The position numbers and the translations under genes were made by a program. Source: Candidatus Omnitrophota bacterium (lineage in GTDB: Bacteria > Omnitrophota > Gorgyraeia > Gygaellales > Profunditerraquicolaceae). From it: DNA of 64,000 bases. The notes beneath the pieces are model-generated. The model saw only the letters and a program-made list of their open reading frames with translations, did no database searches and was not told where the DNA came from. The stretch covers positions 1-64,000 of the forward strand of contig JBEKSD010000004.1 in assembly GCA_049517335.1 (NCBI GenBank). Direction: 5' to 3'. Below, piece by piece: positions 1 to 12,700 of this stretch (positions within the stretch are counted from its first letter, which is position 1; every line of letters begins with the position of its first letter).

Positions 1-20
1 GCAGAAAACAGGACAGGGTA

Positions 21-760
21 ATGAAACGCGAGGCCATTGAGAATATCGCTAAATGTATGCATATAGCTGACGGTAGGGCAGGGGTATGCGACTCCGGTTT
101 AAGCGAAATAGGCTATGAGGATACGGCAAATCTAGGCACACCCATTAACACTGATTTCTTTGATCCCGCGATAGTTGATAGGTATGAGTTCAGAGACAGG
201 AATAAAATAGGGAGAGACAAATTTATGATTTTACTTCCCCACCGCGTCAATCCTCTCAAAGGGCAACTTGATTTAATCCGCGCACTAAATTTATTAGAAG
301 ATAAAACTGACTACGTAATTGTGCTGATGGGGGGGGTGGATGATGAGGCCTATTTGGAGAAGATGCACGCTTTCTCAAAAGAAAATGGTTTAGCAGCTAA
401 TGTAATAGTGCTTCCTGAATTATCGCGGGAGGAAGTACGTTTGGCCTATGCTGCTTCTGACCTCGTGGCCTTACCCACTTATGATGAAGGCTTGTCTACG
501 GTCATACTTGAAGCTCAGTCGATGACCAGGCCCGTTATTGCCACCAATATAGGCGGCAATAGAGAGGCCTTGGTAGATGGTCAGACTGGTCTAATAGTTG
601 AAGCCGGAAATCCTGAAGAATTGGCCAGACAAATCCGTGGGTTAAGAAACGATAACGAAAGAAGAAATAGATTAGGACATAATGGCCGTAGATATGTCAT
701 GCGTTTTGATGTCAAGAATTTAATAAAGAGACACCAGCAGTTCTATTTGCGCGTGATTAA
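21..760 (+). other. Giant protein domain: GT4 (GT-B) glycosyltransferase, partial copy 1
   Basis: RVNPLKGQ, DEGLSTVILEA, ATNIGGNRE and GQTGL motifs typical of the GT4 C-terminal half. Confidence 0.85.
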
Positions 761-3700
761 TAAGAAAGAAACAAGAGGAATGCCTAAGGAAGTTAAGGTC
801 GGCATCCGAAACTGGTTAATGGCCAACTTAAGGGGACCCATGCAGGCAGAATTTAATTACATAAGTTATGCCTTAGGCCTGCCGATTGAGCGCGAGCCGT
901 CATTAGAAAATAGAGTAATTTTAAGATATTCAGAAGCATATGATACTGTGGGGGGTGTTGAATTCCATCTACAGAGTCTAAACCGTTGGCTGCTGGAAAG
1001 AAATAAAGGTTTGACTATTATTCAAGCTTATCTTACTGATAAGAGCTCTGGAGAGTGGAGTGAGAATGTTGGCAGAGGAAAAATAATTTATCTTCCTATA
1101 CCGAGGATTTACGATAAGGACTATAACGCTACAAAAACAGATGCATTAGTTGCAGAAAAAATAACATTCCTCCTTAAAGAATACTCAGTTGATTTGTGTA
1201 TTACTAATTCTCCTTATCACCATTCTTCGGTAACCTTCTGTAAAGTAGCGAAAGAAGCAGGTCTTCCTTTAATCGTCCAGTATCACGGAGGAGAGATGGT
1301 GCTTAATCGTAACCTTTCCGATACTCATCCATTCAATAATAATTTTTTATTTGCTAAAAGAAATTTGCGGGCTTGCATGCAATTAGCAAACGGTCGCGCA
1401 GGGATAAGTAATTCCGGTCTTAGCGAAATTAATTATGCGGATGCAGTAAATTTAAGTAACTCAGTAGATACCATATTCTTTGATCCACAAAAGGCAAACT
1501 GGGGTAGCGTTAGAAACCGTCTCGGCCTTGGCGGTAGGTACACCATCTTATTGCCTAGTAGAATTACTCATGATAAGGGGCAACTAGATTTACTTCGGGC
1601 ATGTAAGTTACTGAAGGATAGAGGATATGATTTTGTTGCTATATTTGTAGGAGATGTGAATGATGAGGTATACAAGACAGAGCTAATAAGATTTTTAGAA
1701 CAGGATACAGAACTTGCTTCGAGGGTTTTTATACTCCCCGCAGTTAATCAGGAAGACCTTAGAGACATGTATGCTGATGCCAATGTAGTAGTTTTGCCTA
1801 GTTATAATGAAGGATTAGGTAGGACAATTATAGAGGCCGAAGCTATGGAGACGCCCGTAGTTGCTTCTAATGCAGGAGGTATTCCTGAGGCATTAGTAAA
1901 TGAGGATACAGGATTACTCTTTAAACCTGGTGATATAGAAGCCATAGCCAAGCATATAGAATTTTTAATAAATGATAAGGTCGCAACAATTGAAATGGGC
2001 CAGGCAGGAAGAAAGTTTGTCCTCGAAAAATTCTCACCCCAAGCGCATGTCAGGCGTCACGAGGCATTTTATTGTAGATTTTTATTAAGGAGTTCTTTAG
2101 TCCATACAGCTGCTTCTGCAGGGAATTTATATCAAGATGCCGCTTATGGTGGATACTCCTTCACGCGCACATCATCTACTTCTCGGATACATGTTAAGCA
2201 TCATCCAGAGTTTTCCCCTCAAGAGGATGCTTTGGGTGTTGTTTCTTTTGGGTTGGTCATGGGTAAAGATGCAATTAGGACTACCTCAGAAGGCAATGGA
2301 CCTAATCAAAATATAGCACAGGATTATATGGAGGCAAATCTGGAAGGGGTATTAGAGAAATTGAAACAATTAATTGAGAAATTGGGTAGTAAGATGCCCA
2401 AGAAAATCTCCGACACACTGATACCGGTTGAGTTTTCTCCGGAGACTCCGTTAAAAAGGCTGGCAGAGACTGTCGGCGAAGGCAGCAATAGGAAAATAAT
2501 CTTTTCCTGGGCCATGATGACCCGCGCCCCGCCTCTCATCGCTCAGCTTACCATTGCCGAAGAAATCCTGCATTATTTCCTACCAGAATGCGATGATCTT
2601 ATCCATAACTTAATTGACGATAATTTTGTATTAAACACTAGTTACCATGAGTGGAAACATTTTGTCCGCAAAGCAGAACCGCGGGGAATATTTGTTCCGG
2701 CTTTCCGGTGTTTGAATTGCGGCTTAGATGTACCTATACCTCAAATAGGGGCGCATAGGAGGGATCATTGCCCGAATTGTTTATGGGCGTTGCATGTAGA
2801 TGATACAAGGCCGGGTGACAGGTTGTCTTCTTGTAAGGGTTTGATGAAACCGGTAGGGGTTGAAGTAAATACAAAGTATGGCTGGGATATAATATACTGT
2901 TGCACCAAGTGCAACGCCATAAAGAAAAACAGAGCCGCCCCTGATGATAATATTGATGAGATGGCACGTATTGTCCATCCACGCGTAATAACACAGATCC
3001 TTGAAGGCGGGCAAGAGGAAGCCAGCTCGTCGGCTGAGGCGGGAGCGCTTATCAGAGAAGGCGTTGACAGCTTCATTCTAGCCAACCTGCGTCATTTTAT
3101 AGAAGTCCAGCATTTACAGGTGCCTGAAGATACCCTAATAGAAATAGCCAGGATTTGGGAGAAGGCGCAGCAAAGCGGAAAGAAAGTAGACTTATCAGTC
3201 CTTGGTCTTGAAGAAACCGTAAGGATACGCATTGAGGATTTTGCCAATGATCCGAATGCTTTAAGAGGAGGAATCCCAGTTGGCAAGGATAATCAGCCCG
3301 GTAGTGACAACTCACAGGTTGGGGCTGAGGCGAAGCAGAGTGTTTCCCAGATGAACGTCTCCGGAAGCACCATTTTGGATGAGTTGAGATTTGAATCTGT
3401 GCTGGGAATGTTTATAGAAGATAGCGAATCTCCTCTGGTAACTACTGAGAATTTAATAAACCAAAACAGTGCATCTTTAATTATAAAAGGTCAAAGAGAT
3501 GGTGAGATATTTTATAAAATTGCAAGACCTGGAAAGAATAAAAAAGAATATTTGTCAAACAACGATGATGCTATCAGAGAAGCGAGGGTGTTGGCCCAAC
3601 TCAATAGAAACGGCTTAACCGGCATACCGAAATTGCTGGCAATTGGCGTAAATAAAGACGGCAACGTCTGGATGAAATTGCTGGGTATAAAAAATGCAGA

Positions 3701-6700
3701 GAATCTGCGGTCACCTCGCTGGCAGAGATTTACGCACTCTCAAAAACTAGATATCCTTATCCATACAGCAAATATAATAAAAGGCATGCATGAGGCAGGG
3801 TGGGTCCATAATGATATCGCCCCCAAAAACATTCTTGTAGATGAAGAAGCCAATGTGATGCTGATTGATTTTGGCATAGCTTGCAAGGCAGGGTGCAGAG
3901 TTCTTGCGGGAACAAAAGGATTTGAGCCTCCGGAAGAGCAGCGCACCGCTAAGTCCGACGTGTATAGTTTTGGCCAAACCTTGCGCCATCTGTTTATTTT
4001 TACCTCAGGGGAGAAGATGGCCCTGGATGACATCCGGACAAGCGGGCTACAGGTCCTTGTCGATGGAACGACGCAAAGTAATCTGGATAATAGAAACCCG
4101 GGAAATATGGATGAGGTTATAAATAACCTCAATGCCGTAAGGGGTTATTTTAAGATAAGGGGGAAATCTAAACCCGCGCCAGCTGCGGTCGCATCTCCGG
4201 CTGAGGCTCGGTCAGAAACCGCCTCTTCGCCTTCCAAAGGTACTATAGAAATCATTGCACCTTTAAATTCTCACGAGCAAATCGTACCTTTGATTAAAGA
4301 GTGGCATAAGGCTCATCCAAATAAAAAGCTGCTTATCTTCAATTTTGATTCACATAGCGATAAGATAGTTAGTGAAGATGCGGATGCCCTTGATTATAAC
4401 TGGGCTATGAAAGTTGAAGAAAAGGGAATGGCGTGGGTGATACATTTTGGTTCACAATACCGTAGTATGGGATATCGTATGAGGGATAATCTTTGGAGTC
4501 TTCCGGAGCGAAAAAAAGAGATATTGCGACAGATTCAGGCACTTAATGGGCAATACGACGAAATTTGGTTGACGATTGACTACGACTTTTTTTCAACAAT
4601 TAACCAAGCATCTTGGCTTACTGAAGAACCTCTGCCAGCTTTTATTATGAGTAGCAATGAAATAAAAGCTGCCCTATATGAATTAGCAGAATTTTTGATT
4701 TCAAATAATTTGAGGGTTACCCGTTTGATACCAGCAATAAGTTGGGGTTATTTGGGCGTATCGCAGGGTATGAAAGCAGAATATGTTGAAGGAATTACCT
4801 CTCAAATTAAAACTATTTTTGGCCGCCCGTTTCATGAGATTGCCGAAGTAGTCCATACTGATAGCGCTGCGGGCGAACAAAAATCGCCGCTAGCTGCGGC
4901 TGCGAAATCCACCGCCGAAAAACGAGTTTTTGGTCAAGGGGATTTAGAGCAGCACTATTTTAGTCCTGACGCTTATAATTTTCATACAGAGACTCTTGAT
5001 TTTCATGAGGATAGCGTTGTCAATATGGCGTTCGCAGGTGACATCATTGATATTGGTGCTGGTAGTGGTGTTCTTTGGAGGGAATCTTTAAGTCGTCTTC
5101 CAAAGATACGGCGGCTTACGTTAGTCGATCTTTCTGAAGCATCGCTTGAAAAAGGCAGGGAAATTGTTAAAGATAAAAGAGCAAGTTTTGAATATGGGAG
5201 TGCCTATGACGTTGGTAAAAAGCATGAGAGGGAATTCGATTATGCATTGATGCGAGGTGCGCTCCATCATTTTGAACATGCTCAAGAAGCAGTAAATAAT
5301 GCGGTTCAGGCATTGCGAGAACAAGGAAAACTTGTCCTTATGGATGTGCTTGGTTATGAAGATGCGGAAGTTGACAGCTTGTTTAAAACAATTACACAGA
5401 TGCGTCAGCCTTTAGATTATAAATTTTACTCTAAATCAGAGTTAGAACGCATGCTGACAAAGGCGGGTTTTAAAATTACAGAGTTTCGCACTAATGTTTT
5501 TGAATTAGATTTAGATTTGTGGCTTAGTGAATACAAAGACGCGGCAGGTGTTTTAAATCTCTATGAAAACGCACCGGAAAAGGCCAAGAAGGCCTTTGGT
5601 TATAGAAAGGCTGGGGGTAAAAAATTCGCTTCTTTTACCGCTTATGTTCTTGTTGCTTCAAAAGCCAGCTCGCCGATAGAAAATGTTCTCCTTTCAAAGG
5701 CTGAAAATAATCCGCCCTCCGCCGCGCCTACGCCCGTCGCCGCTAATACAGCTAATGCCTTGAGCGTGTTCTTTCTATTAGAAAACCCTAATCTCACCGT
5801 CAGCCTGATTTTAGCTTACTTCTTGGCATGTTTCTTTAGGCGGGAGATTCTTAATTCCTGTATTATTAGCCGCGCTCCTCCTTTGGTAAAACAACTCCTT
5901 ACTGCACTTCTCTCTCCCGAAAGACTTTTATTTTTCCTCAAACAGAAAACGTTTTCCTTTATCCGGTCGCTGCAGAGTTTTATTGAATATTTGGTTAACT
6001 TCTTCCATGGCTGGTGGGTGACCAAATTCACCGCAGCGGCCGCGAATATTTCAAAAGGAGACACTGCTAGGTTCCATACAGGCCATATACAAGATTTGCG
6101 ACCCACCCCCGCAATGATAGGTGCTATGGCAAGCACTCCCCAGCCGCTTCGGGTACTGATACTGAACAGTTCACCAAGTAATATTTCTCCTATGGATAGA
6201 TCTTGGATAGAGGGGTTCTTTAGAAGCAATGGAATAAATTTTGTTCTCAAGGAAGTTTGTGATGAGTATGGTAGAAATCTGCGTAATAGTGAATTTGACC
6301 TTATCATTTCAGATACTCGCGTTATGTATGCAGTCTCCCCTGGATTCATACACTCCCTAAGAGAAGAAGATTCACGCAAGAGACACCATACGCATCTTCT
6401 TTATTCTCATGGGTCTCATCGTAGCATAGATGAGGTAGAAGCATTTATCGACCAGATAGAGGAAGAATGGTTTCGTAATCAGGAGGCAATTAATAAGGCA
6501 TTGATGTGCGCACTTCAATCCATTAACTGTCTTAGCTATGCCCTGCACAGAGCCACTGGAATGCCGTTTAAGACAGTATTATCTTGGCTTGCTCCGGCTA
6601 GAGGTGCATTCAAAGACAACCGCTGGCAGTGGTATCTGGGTAGTGCGCTTAGAGAGTTAATGAAACAGGGTATCCCTGTGTTTCAAATAGATAACAGCGT

Positions 6701-9700
6701 TTTTATCCTGCGTTGTCGTAAGAGAGATATCAAGCTATTTAAGATCACAGAGAACCTGTGCCATGCTGAGGTGCTGGAAGAAGAATTTGACTTAGGCGGT
6801 AGACAGCAGATTAAGAGAGTTCCAGAAGTATTAGAAGAGCAGTTTGTGCGAGGCGAAGATAGCTGTCAATCGTCCACTGAAAATTCTGCTTTCAGAAAAG
6901 CAGTAAATGACCTTATCCGCTTCTTCTGCGGTAAAGATTTGCCGGCATTTCCATTCTATGGCCGCTGGGAGATTGAGAGGTACGTGGGAGATTTGTCTGA
7001 ATTGCCGGCCCTTGAGGCCAAATTAAAGGCAACCTTTCCGGCTTTGGCGAAGAACTTACCTCTTAGACTTTTGCGAAAAGAAGTATTTGCATGGGCAAAA
7101 ACCCATCACCCTGACGTCTTAAAAGAAGAGATAGAATCTGAGTTTGAAGGAGTAACTTTTAGATTTAGCGTTGAGGAGATAATTGAATATGTTTTAAAAC
7201 CTGATGGAGAAAAAGTTGCAGAGTATAAAAATCCCGTAAGGATAGTTTATAGAACCCCTATTTCAGATAGAAGCCAGGCAGCGCCTTGGGCATATAAAAG
7301 AAAGGCAGCCTTATTGAGGCTGATAGTCTATCGAGACGATATTGCTTCTGATGAAGACAAGGACCTCTACCGTTTGTGGACAAATCAGATTAGGTTCTCA
7401 GCTATATCAACATATGAATTCTCAGCTATATCAACATCTAAATTAGTATATATGCTTCACTCTTCGTCAGAAGCAACAGCAAGAGACATTACGGACGAGC
7501 TGGTAAGGCGTGCTTGGATAGAACCAGACTACGTTGCAGGCCTAATTGTAAGAGTAGCGTTGGGTGATAAAACCTGTCAGAGGGTAGTGATAGAAGCTCT
7601 GTTAGCAATTGCCACCAAGATAGATATAATTGCGGTTAAAAATCCGCTACTCGGCGCATTTGCTGACCCGTTATGCACAGAGCCAGCCGCAGAGGTCTTT
7701 TTAAAGATTGCAGCGTTAAGACCAGACCAAGTAGAGGATTTTGAACGGCACATTAAGCATATATTAGTAACTAATAAAAACGAACAATTCGTAAAGACAG
7801 CGGAAAAAGTACTTGCCTCGCTTGAAGCTAACACAGGGCACCTAGGTGATAAAGCTGCCTATTCAATTCTTATTTTTCCGATGTTTGCAGCTATGCTTCC
7901 TTCAACCGGTAAGCTCATCGCTGCTGTATTATTAATCTCTGGCTTCTTAATTTTTATTTTATCCAGAACAAAAGCATTTTGTAAAATTATCCGGTCGCTG
8001 CGGAATATTATAGAGTATTTGGTCAACCTCTTCCGTGGCTGGTGGGGGACCAAAAATCTCGCCGTAGCGGCCGGCCTTTCATGCGAGCAGGCAAATGAAG
8101 GCGAGATAAAGCTGTTGGAAAGATTCAAGACCCCCATTTTAGATAAAGAAGTAACTCCCGCACAATTTAGGGAGAGTCTCAGATTTATAAAGAGTATATT
8201 TAAAAAGGTAAATAGAGAGGTGGCTTCAAGATATGACATTAGGACTATTATAAAAGAGATAAGGTATGAAGATTTTAGAGACATTAGAGGTCAACCTTGT
8301 CTCCTGCCTTCGTGCAGACCCGGTAGAAAAGTAGTATTAAACGCAAATTTTATAAAGTTTATTGCCTACTTGAAAGCAAAGGGATTAAACAAAGCTCCTC
8401 CCCTAAAAGATAGTCAATCAGGTAAAGAATCAGATTTATTATCCTCCTTTGTTTATTCCATAGCCCTGCATGAAATCCGCGGACATTTTAAGATGTCCAA
8501 GGGGCAGCTTATCTTTAATAGCGATGAAGATTCTGCTCAATCTCAAAGAGGGAATAACTACCTATTTATAAATATTCTGGTAATCTTATTTTACTGGCTC
8601 TGCCTCGTGGAAGGACACACTGGTGAGGAGTTAAAGAGAAGGGCAGAAGAGTTTGTCAGGGCTAATCCACAGTATATATTTGAAAGGCTTGAAGGTTCAC
8701 AGAAGAAAGATTTAGTTTCGCAACTCGGTGAGCTTTGTAGTGCTACTTCCGCAATAAGGCCCGCGGTACGCGAATATGTAAAACCCATTGCTCTTTATAG
8801 GACAAGTAGCCGTAGAGGAGAAGCTGGTTGGAAAAGGGTCGTTACTGCCGCACTACTTCAGGGAGAGTTTCCTAATCTTGAGCTTGACCGAAGATTGAGG
8901 ACTGGAAAATCAATTTACTTCACAACCATTTGGGGTGATGAATTAGTGTTGTATCAGTGGAGCAAGCCTCCAGAGAGAGAGAAACTACCTCCTGGTATAG
9001 GGTTATGCCTAACAGAGCAGAAGCCAATCGAATTTATGGCCAGCGATGGTGTAACAATAGAACTTGGCTGCATCGTATTCCCTGCATCTACCCGCGTAGA
9101 TTGTTCCAATGAAGGCAGGTTGATAGGGCAGAATTTAGAAGCACCGTCATTCTGGCGTCGAATAGATGACCAACTGATTGTAGAGCGTGTAGGCGAAGAT
9201 AAGAGAATAATCATAGAGATTGTTGGTATTTTTGAGGAAGAAATCCATTTCAGATGCCGTGGAGATGAATCTACGATGATGGAAACAAGAGAAGGATTTA
9301 AGCCTTCGCATTCACTAGACCATTGTTTTTTTGTGGAATATATGCAGTTAGGAGAGATAGTTAGATTTAGCATAGGAAATGAAATTATAGAGGTTGAATT
9401 AGTGTCCCTTGACTACGGGGGCCAAAGATGTGAGTTAATCGTAATAGCTCCAGGTAATTATAAGGTAATGTCTGCAGAGTTTAGAAGAGAATTCTTCATT
9501 GATTCAGATTCATCCCGTTCATTTCGTGTCGATTTAAAAAAGAGATGGAAATACGCCTCTCCTGACCTTGAGGTTATCCGTACGAGAGGTTATATAAAAA
9601 GATTTGCAGTGAGAAATCCTGATGGAAACTTTGAATTAGTAAGAGGAAAGAGTTTTGGCTTTGCCGGTTTTATTCCTATCATTGGTTTGTTACACGAAAA

Positions 9701-12700
9701 TATCAATTTATTTTTACCTGCTATTATTGCACTCACAACAATAGTAATTATTACTACCTATTTCCGTGCTCCGTTAGAAAGAATTTATTTAATCGTGAGT
9801 TCTCGCCTCGCCGTGGCTGGTGGGAGAATTCGCAGCTTTCTAACGGGGCATGGCTGGTGGGTGACCAAAAATTTCGCCGCAGCGGCCGGAATGATAATTC
9901 TGACGGGATTAGCTTATTATTTTCTTGGCTTGCCACATCTTCTTTCTGGTCTAAACACGGCAGTGCTGACCCTGATGCCGCTTATGGGTATGGTGCAACA
10001 TAAGCGAAAAGGATTTCCGGCGCCTATCCTTCAAGAAATTGAAAGGCGTCTGAAAGGAGAGCAGCGCTTAGAGACAAATCAAGCACCAAAACATGACCCG
10101 GCTCGCACTAATAAACCTTTACGCAATAGAAAAGTCATAGAAAAGCTAGAAAGTATAGTTAGAGAGCAGGGAGACGAGATTACTACCTTTCCTGTTGCGC
10201 AAGACGCTTTAGAAGTCCGAGAAAAAATAGCCCAGCTTCTAGAAACGAAAAATAAAATAGCAGCCACTGCTTTAAGAAGAGCAAAGATTATACGCGCGCC
10301 TCCAGAATCTGTATTGATGCAAAGAATAAGGGAATTACAAGAAGAACATAAGCTTAAGGTTTATGCGCTTAATGACGCAGATAATACAATTATTATCATC
10401 CCCGAGAATAACCCCACAGAGTTAGAGCTCTCCAAATCCCTCATCTATGAGGCCATCGTCATTCGCTATCGAACTAATATGAAGAGTCTTCATAACTACG
10501 CGCGCAGGGTAGCTATAGAGTTAACGCGTCCTACCGAAGTAAAGGAAGTCGTTACTCGTATCTCCACAATAGAAAAGGATTTTACTGATACCGCTGCAGC
10601 AGAAGAACCTTTTAGCGGTATCCCCTTTCAGCGCGGAGTGGATGATCAACTAATCGTGCAAGGTATAGACAACGGAGGAAAGAATACGTTGATCATAGAA
10701 GTTTCTTATATCAAGGGAGCAAGAATTATGATTAGGATACGTGCTCCAGAATTTATTGAGGTAGAAATGCCCGGTGTTCCTAGCGTATCGCAAACAAATA
10801 CCTGGAAATTTTTTGCTAAGCAGGGATCTATATTTACCATAAAAGATACCCAGAGGCATGAAGCCATAAGAGTAAAAGTGGAATTAATCCAGCCGGCTGG
10901 GAAAGCCTGGGTTTTAAAGGTTGAACTTCCTCCTTGTTTTACTATAGAGCGTGCGGAGGATAGAAAGGTTACTATAGAGGGTTCTCCGGTTGTTGATTTA
11001 CCAGTCGGATATAAATACTTCCATTATGGTCTTGACGCCATATGCAGAAAAGGGAAAGATAGTTCAGAAATAATATCAAGGGGAGCTGACGGAAGATTCA
11101 ACCAGCAAACCGACCGCTGTTGCGACGGGAAAAACCACCTTGAAACTATCGCTTACCGCCAACGCATTATCCAAAAAGCAATAGCCGCCAAAGTAACTGA
11201 GGAAATTGCTTGGGGGCATATGGAAGATATTGCAGGATATTTTGAACGGTACGGATTAGATAATTTAGCTAATTTAATCAGGGCGATGTGGGAAAAGAAA
11301 TTCTTCTGGATTGTGTACGGGTTTCAGATTTCAAAGCGATACAATACCGAAACTTACCAGGTTGATTTTGGCGGCGGTTTTATTGCCCATGATGGCTGGT
11401 GCTTCATTCAATCCGGAGGCACTGCAGAACTCAATGAAATCGCCGTACTCTTCCACGAGTTCTTAGCTCGCATAGGCCTTGAACACGAAATCAGTGAACG
11501 CCTGACTGATTATTTTAGCAAAGGAAGGAGGCCTATACCGGATACGATTACGGTAAAAGGCAAGAAAATCAGGATTAAAGACAAGCTGAGAAAAGTTTCA
11601 TCGCGCATTGAAAATTTGCCTGCAGTAAAAGAGCTTCATGACCGTTCAGCCGATAATACGAGACGGCCAGATAACCGGTCGCTGCGTACTGCAAATAGGA
11701 AAAGAATTTTAATTTCTAAAGGATATTTCGGGGATCTAACACCGGAACAGATTGAACAATTTACACAAGACATAGGAGAAGGAATTATAACAATTGAACC
11801 CATAAACGAATTCAATACATACAGAATACCGCTTAATGGAAAGTCTGCGGAGTTTTACTTATTAGGGTCATATTTACGTAACCCGCCTTTTATCTTTGCT
11901 ATACAGGAAGAAGGCGAGGATATCTTAAAGGTTATCTTCTCAGATCGAGCCTTGAATAGATTTAAAGAGGCATTTCCGTATAATAAACCAGCACAGAAAG
12001 GGGCGCGCATAAAAGCATTGAAGGCAATCGCTTTTCATGAAAAAATTGAAATGGAATTAATAAAAGAAGGGACGGATCCGGAAGACGCTCATGAGGAAGC
12101 AGCGAGGCGGATAATTAGCTTATACCCTAATGACATAATCATAATCCATACTATAAACAATATCTTTTCTGAAGATTCAGGAGTAAAACCGCAACGAATA
12201 GTCTCCATAAACCAAAGCGGTTCTTCACCCGAAAATATAGATTTGCTTGATTGGGCTAAAGATTCTATGTTTCGGGGATTGGTAAGATTAGTGGAATCAG
12301 GTCTGGATGATTTTTCTGTCTTGTTAGAGGCCGGTCAAAAGCTTCCTGCTAAAGAAGGGCAGCCTTGGAGAAGATATATTTCGTACCTTGCACGCGTAAA
12401 AAATGAATTTATTCAAGAAGGCGTTTCAAAAGAGGAAATCTTTTTGCAGATATGTGCTTTGATAAGTGAAAGATGGTTTGAAAGTCAAGGATACATTATT
12501 TATGAAGGGGCATTAATGGATCTTCCAAGTATTCCCTTCTCTCTAATCATCGCTAAACTTACTAGAGAAACCGAATATTATAGGATTATTGATCGTATAA
12601 TTCCGCTGTATTTTGTAAAAGATGCATCTTTAATGAATACCGAGAAAAGTTTACCTCACTTCGTAGGAGGTTGGTACGCTAGTGGTAGATGGATATTTGA

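Noticed and set aside
6145-6420. Receiver-like domain (LRVLIL...FDLIISD)
   Set aside because: Only a partial resemblance; the acidic pocket and conserved Lys are not evident.
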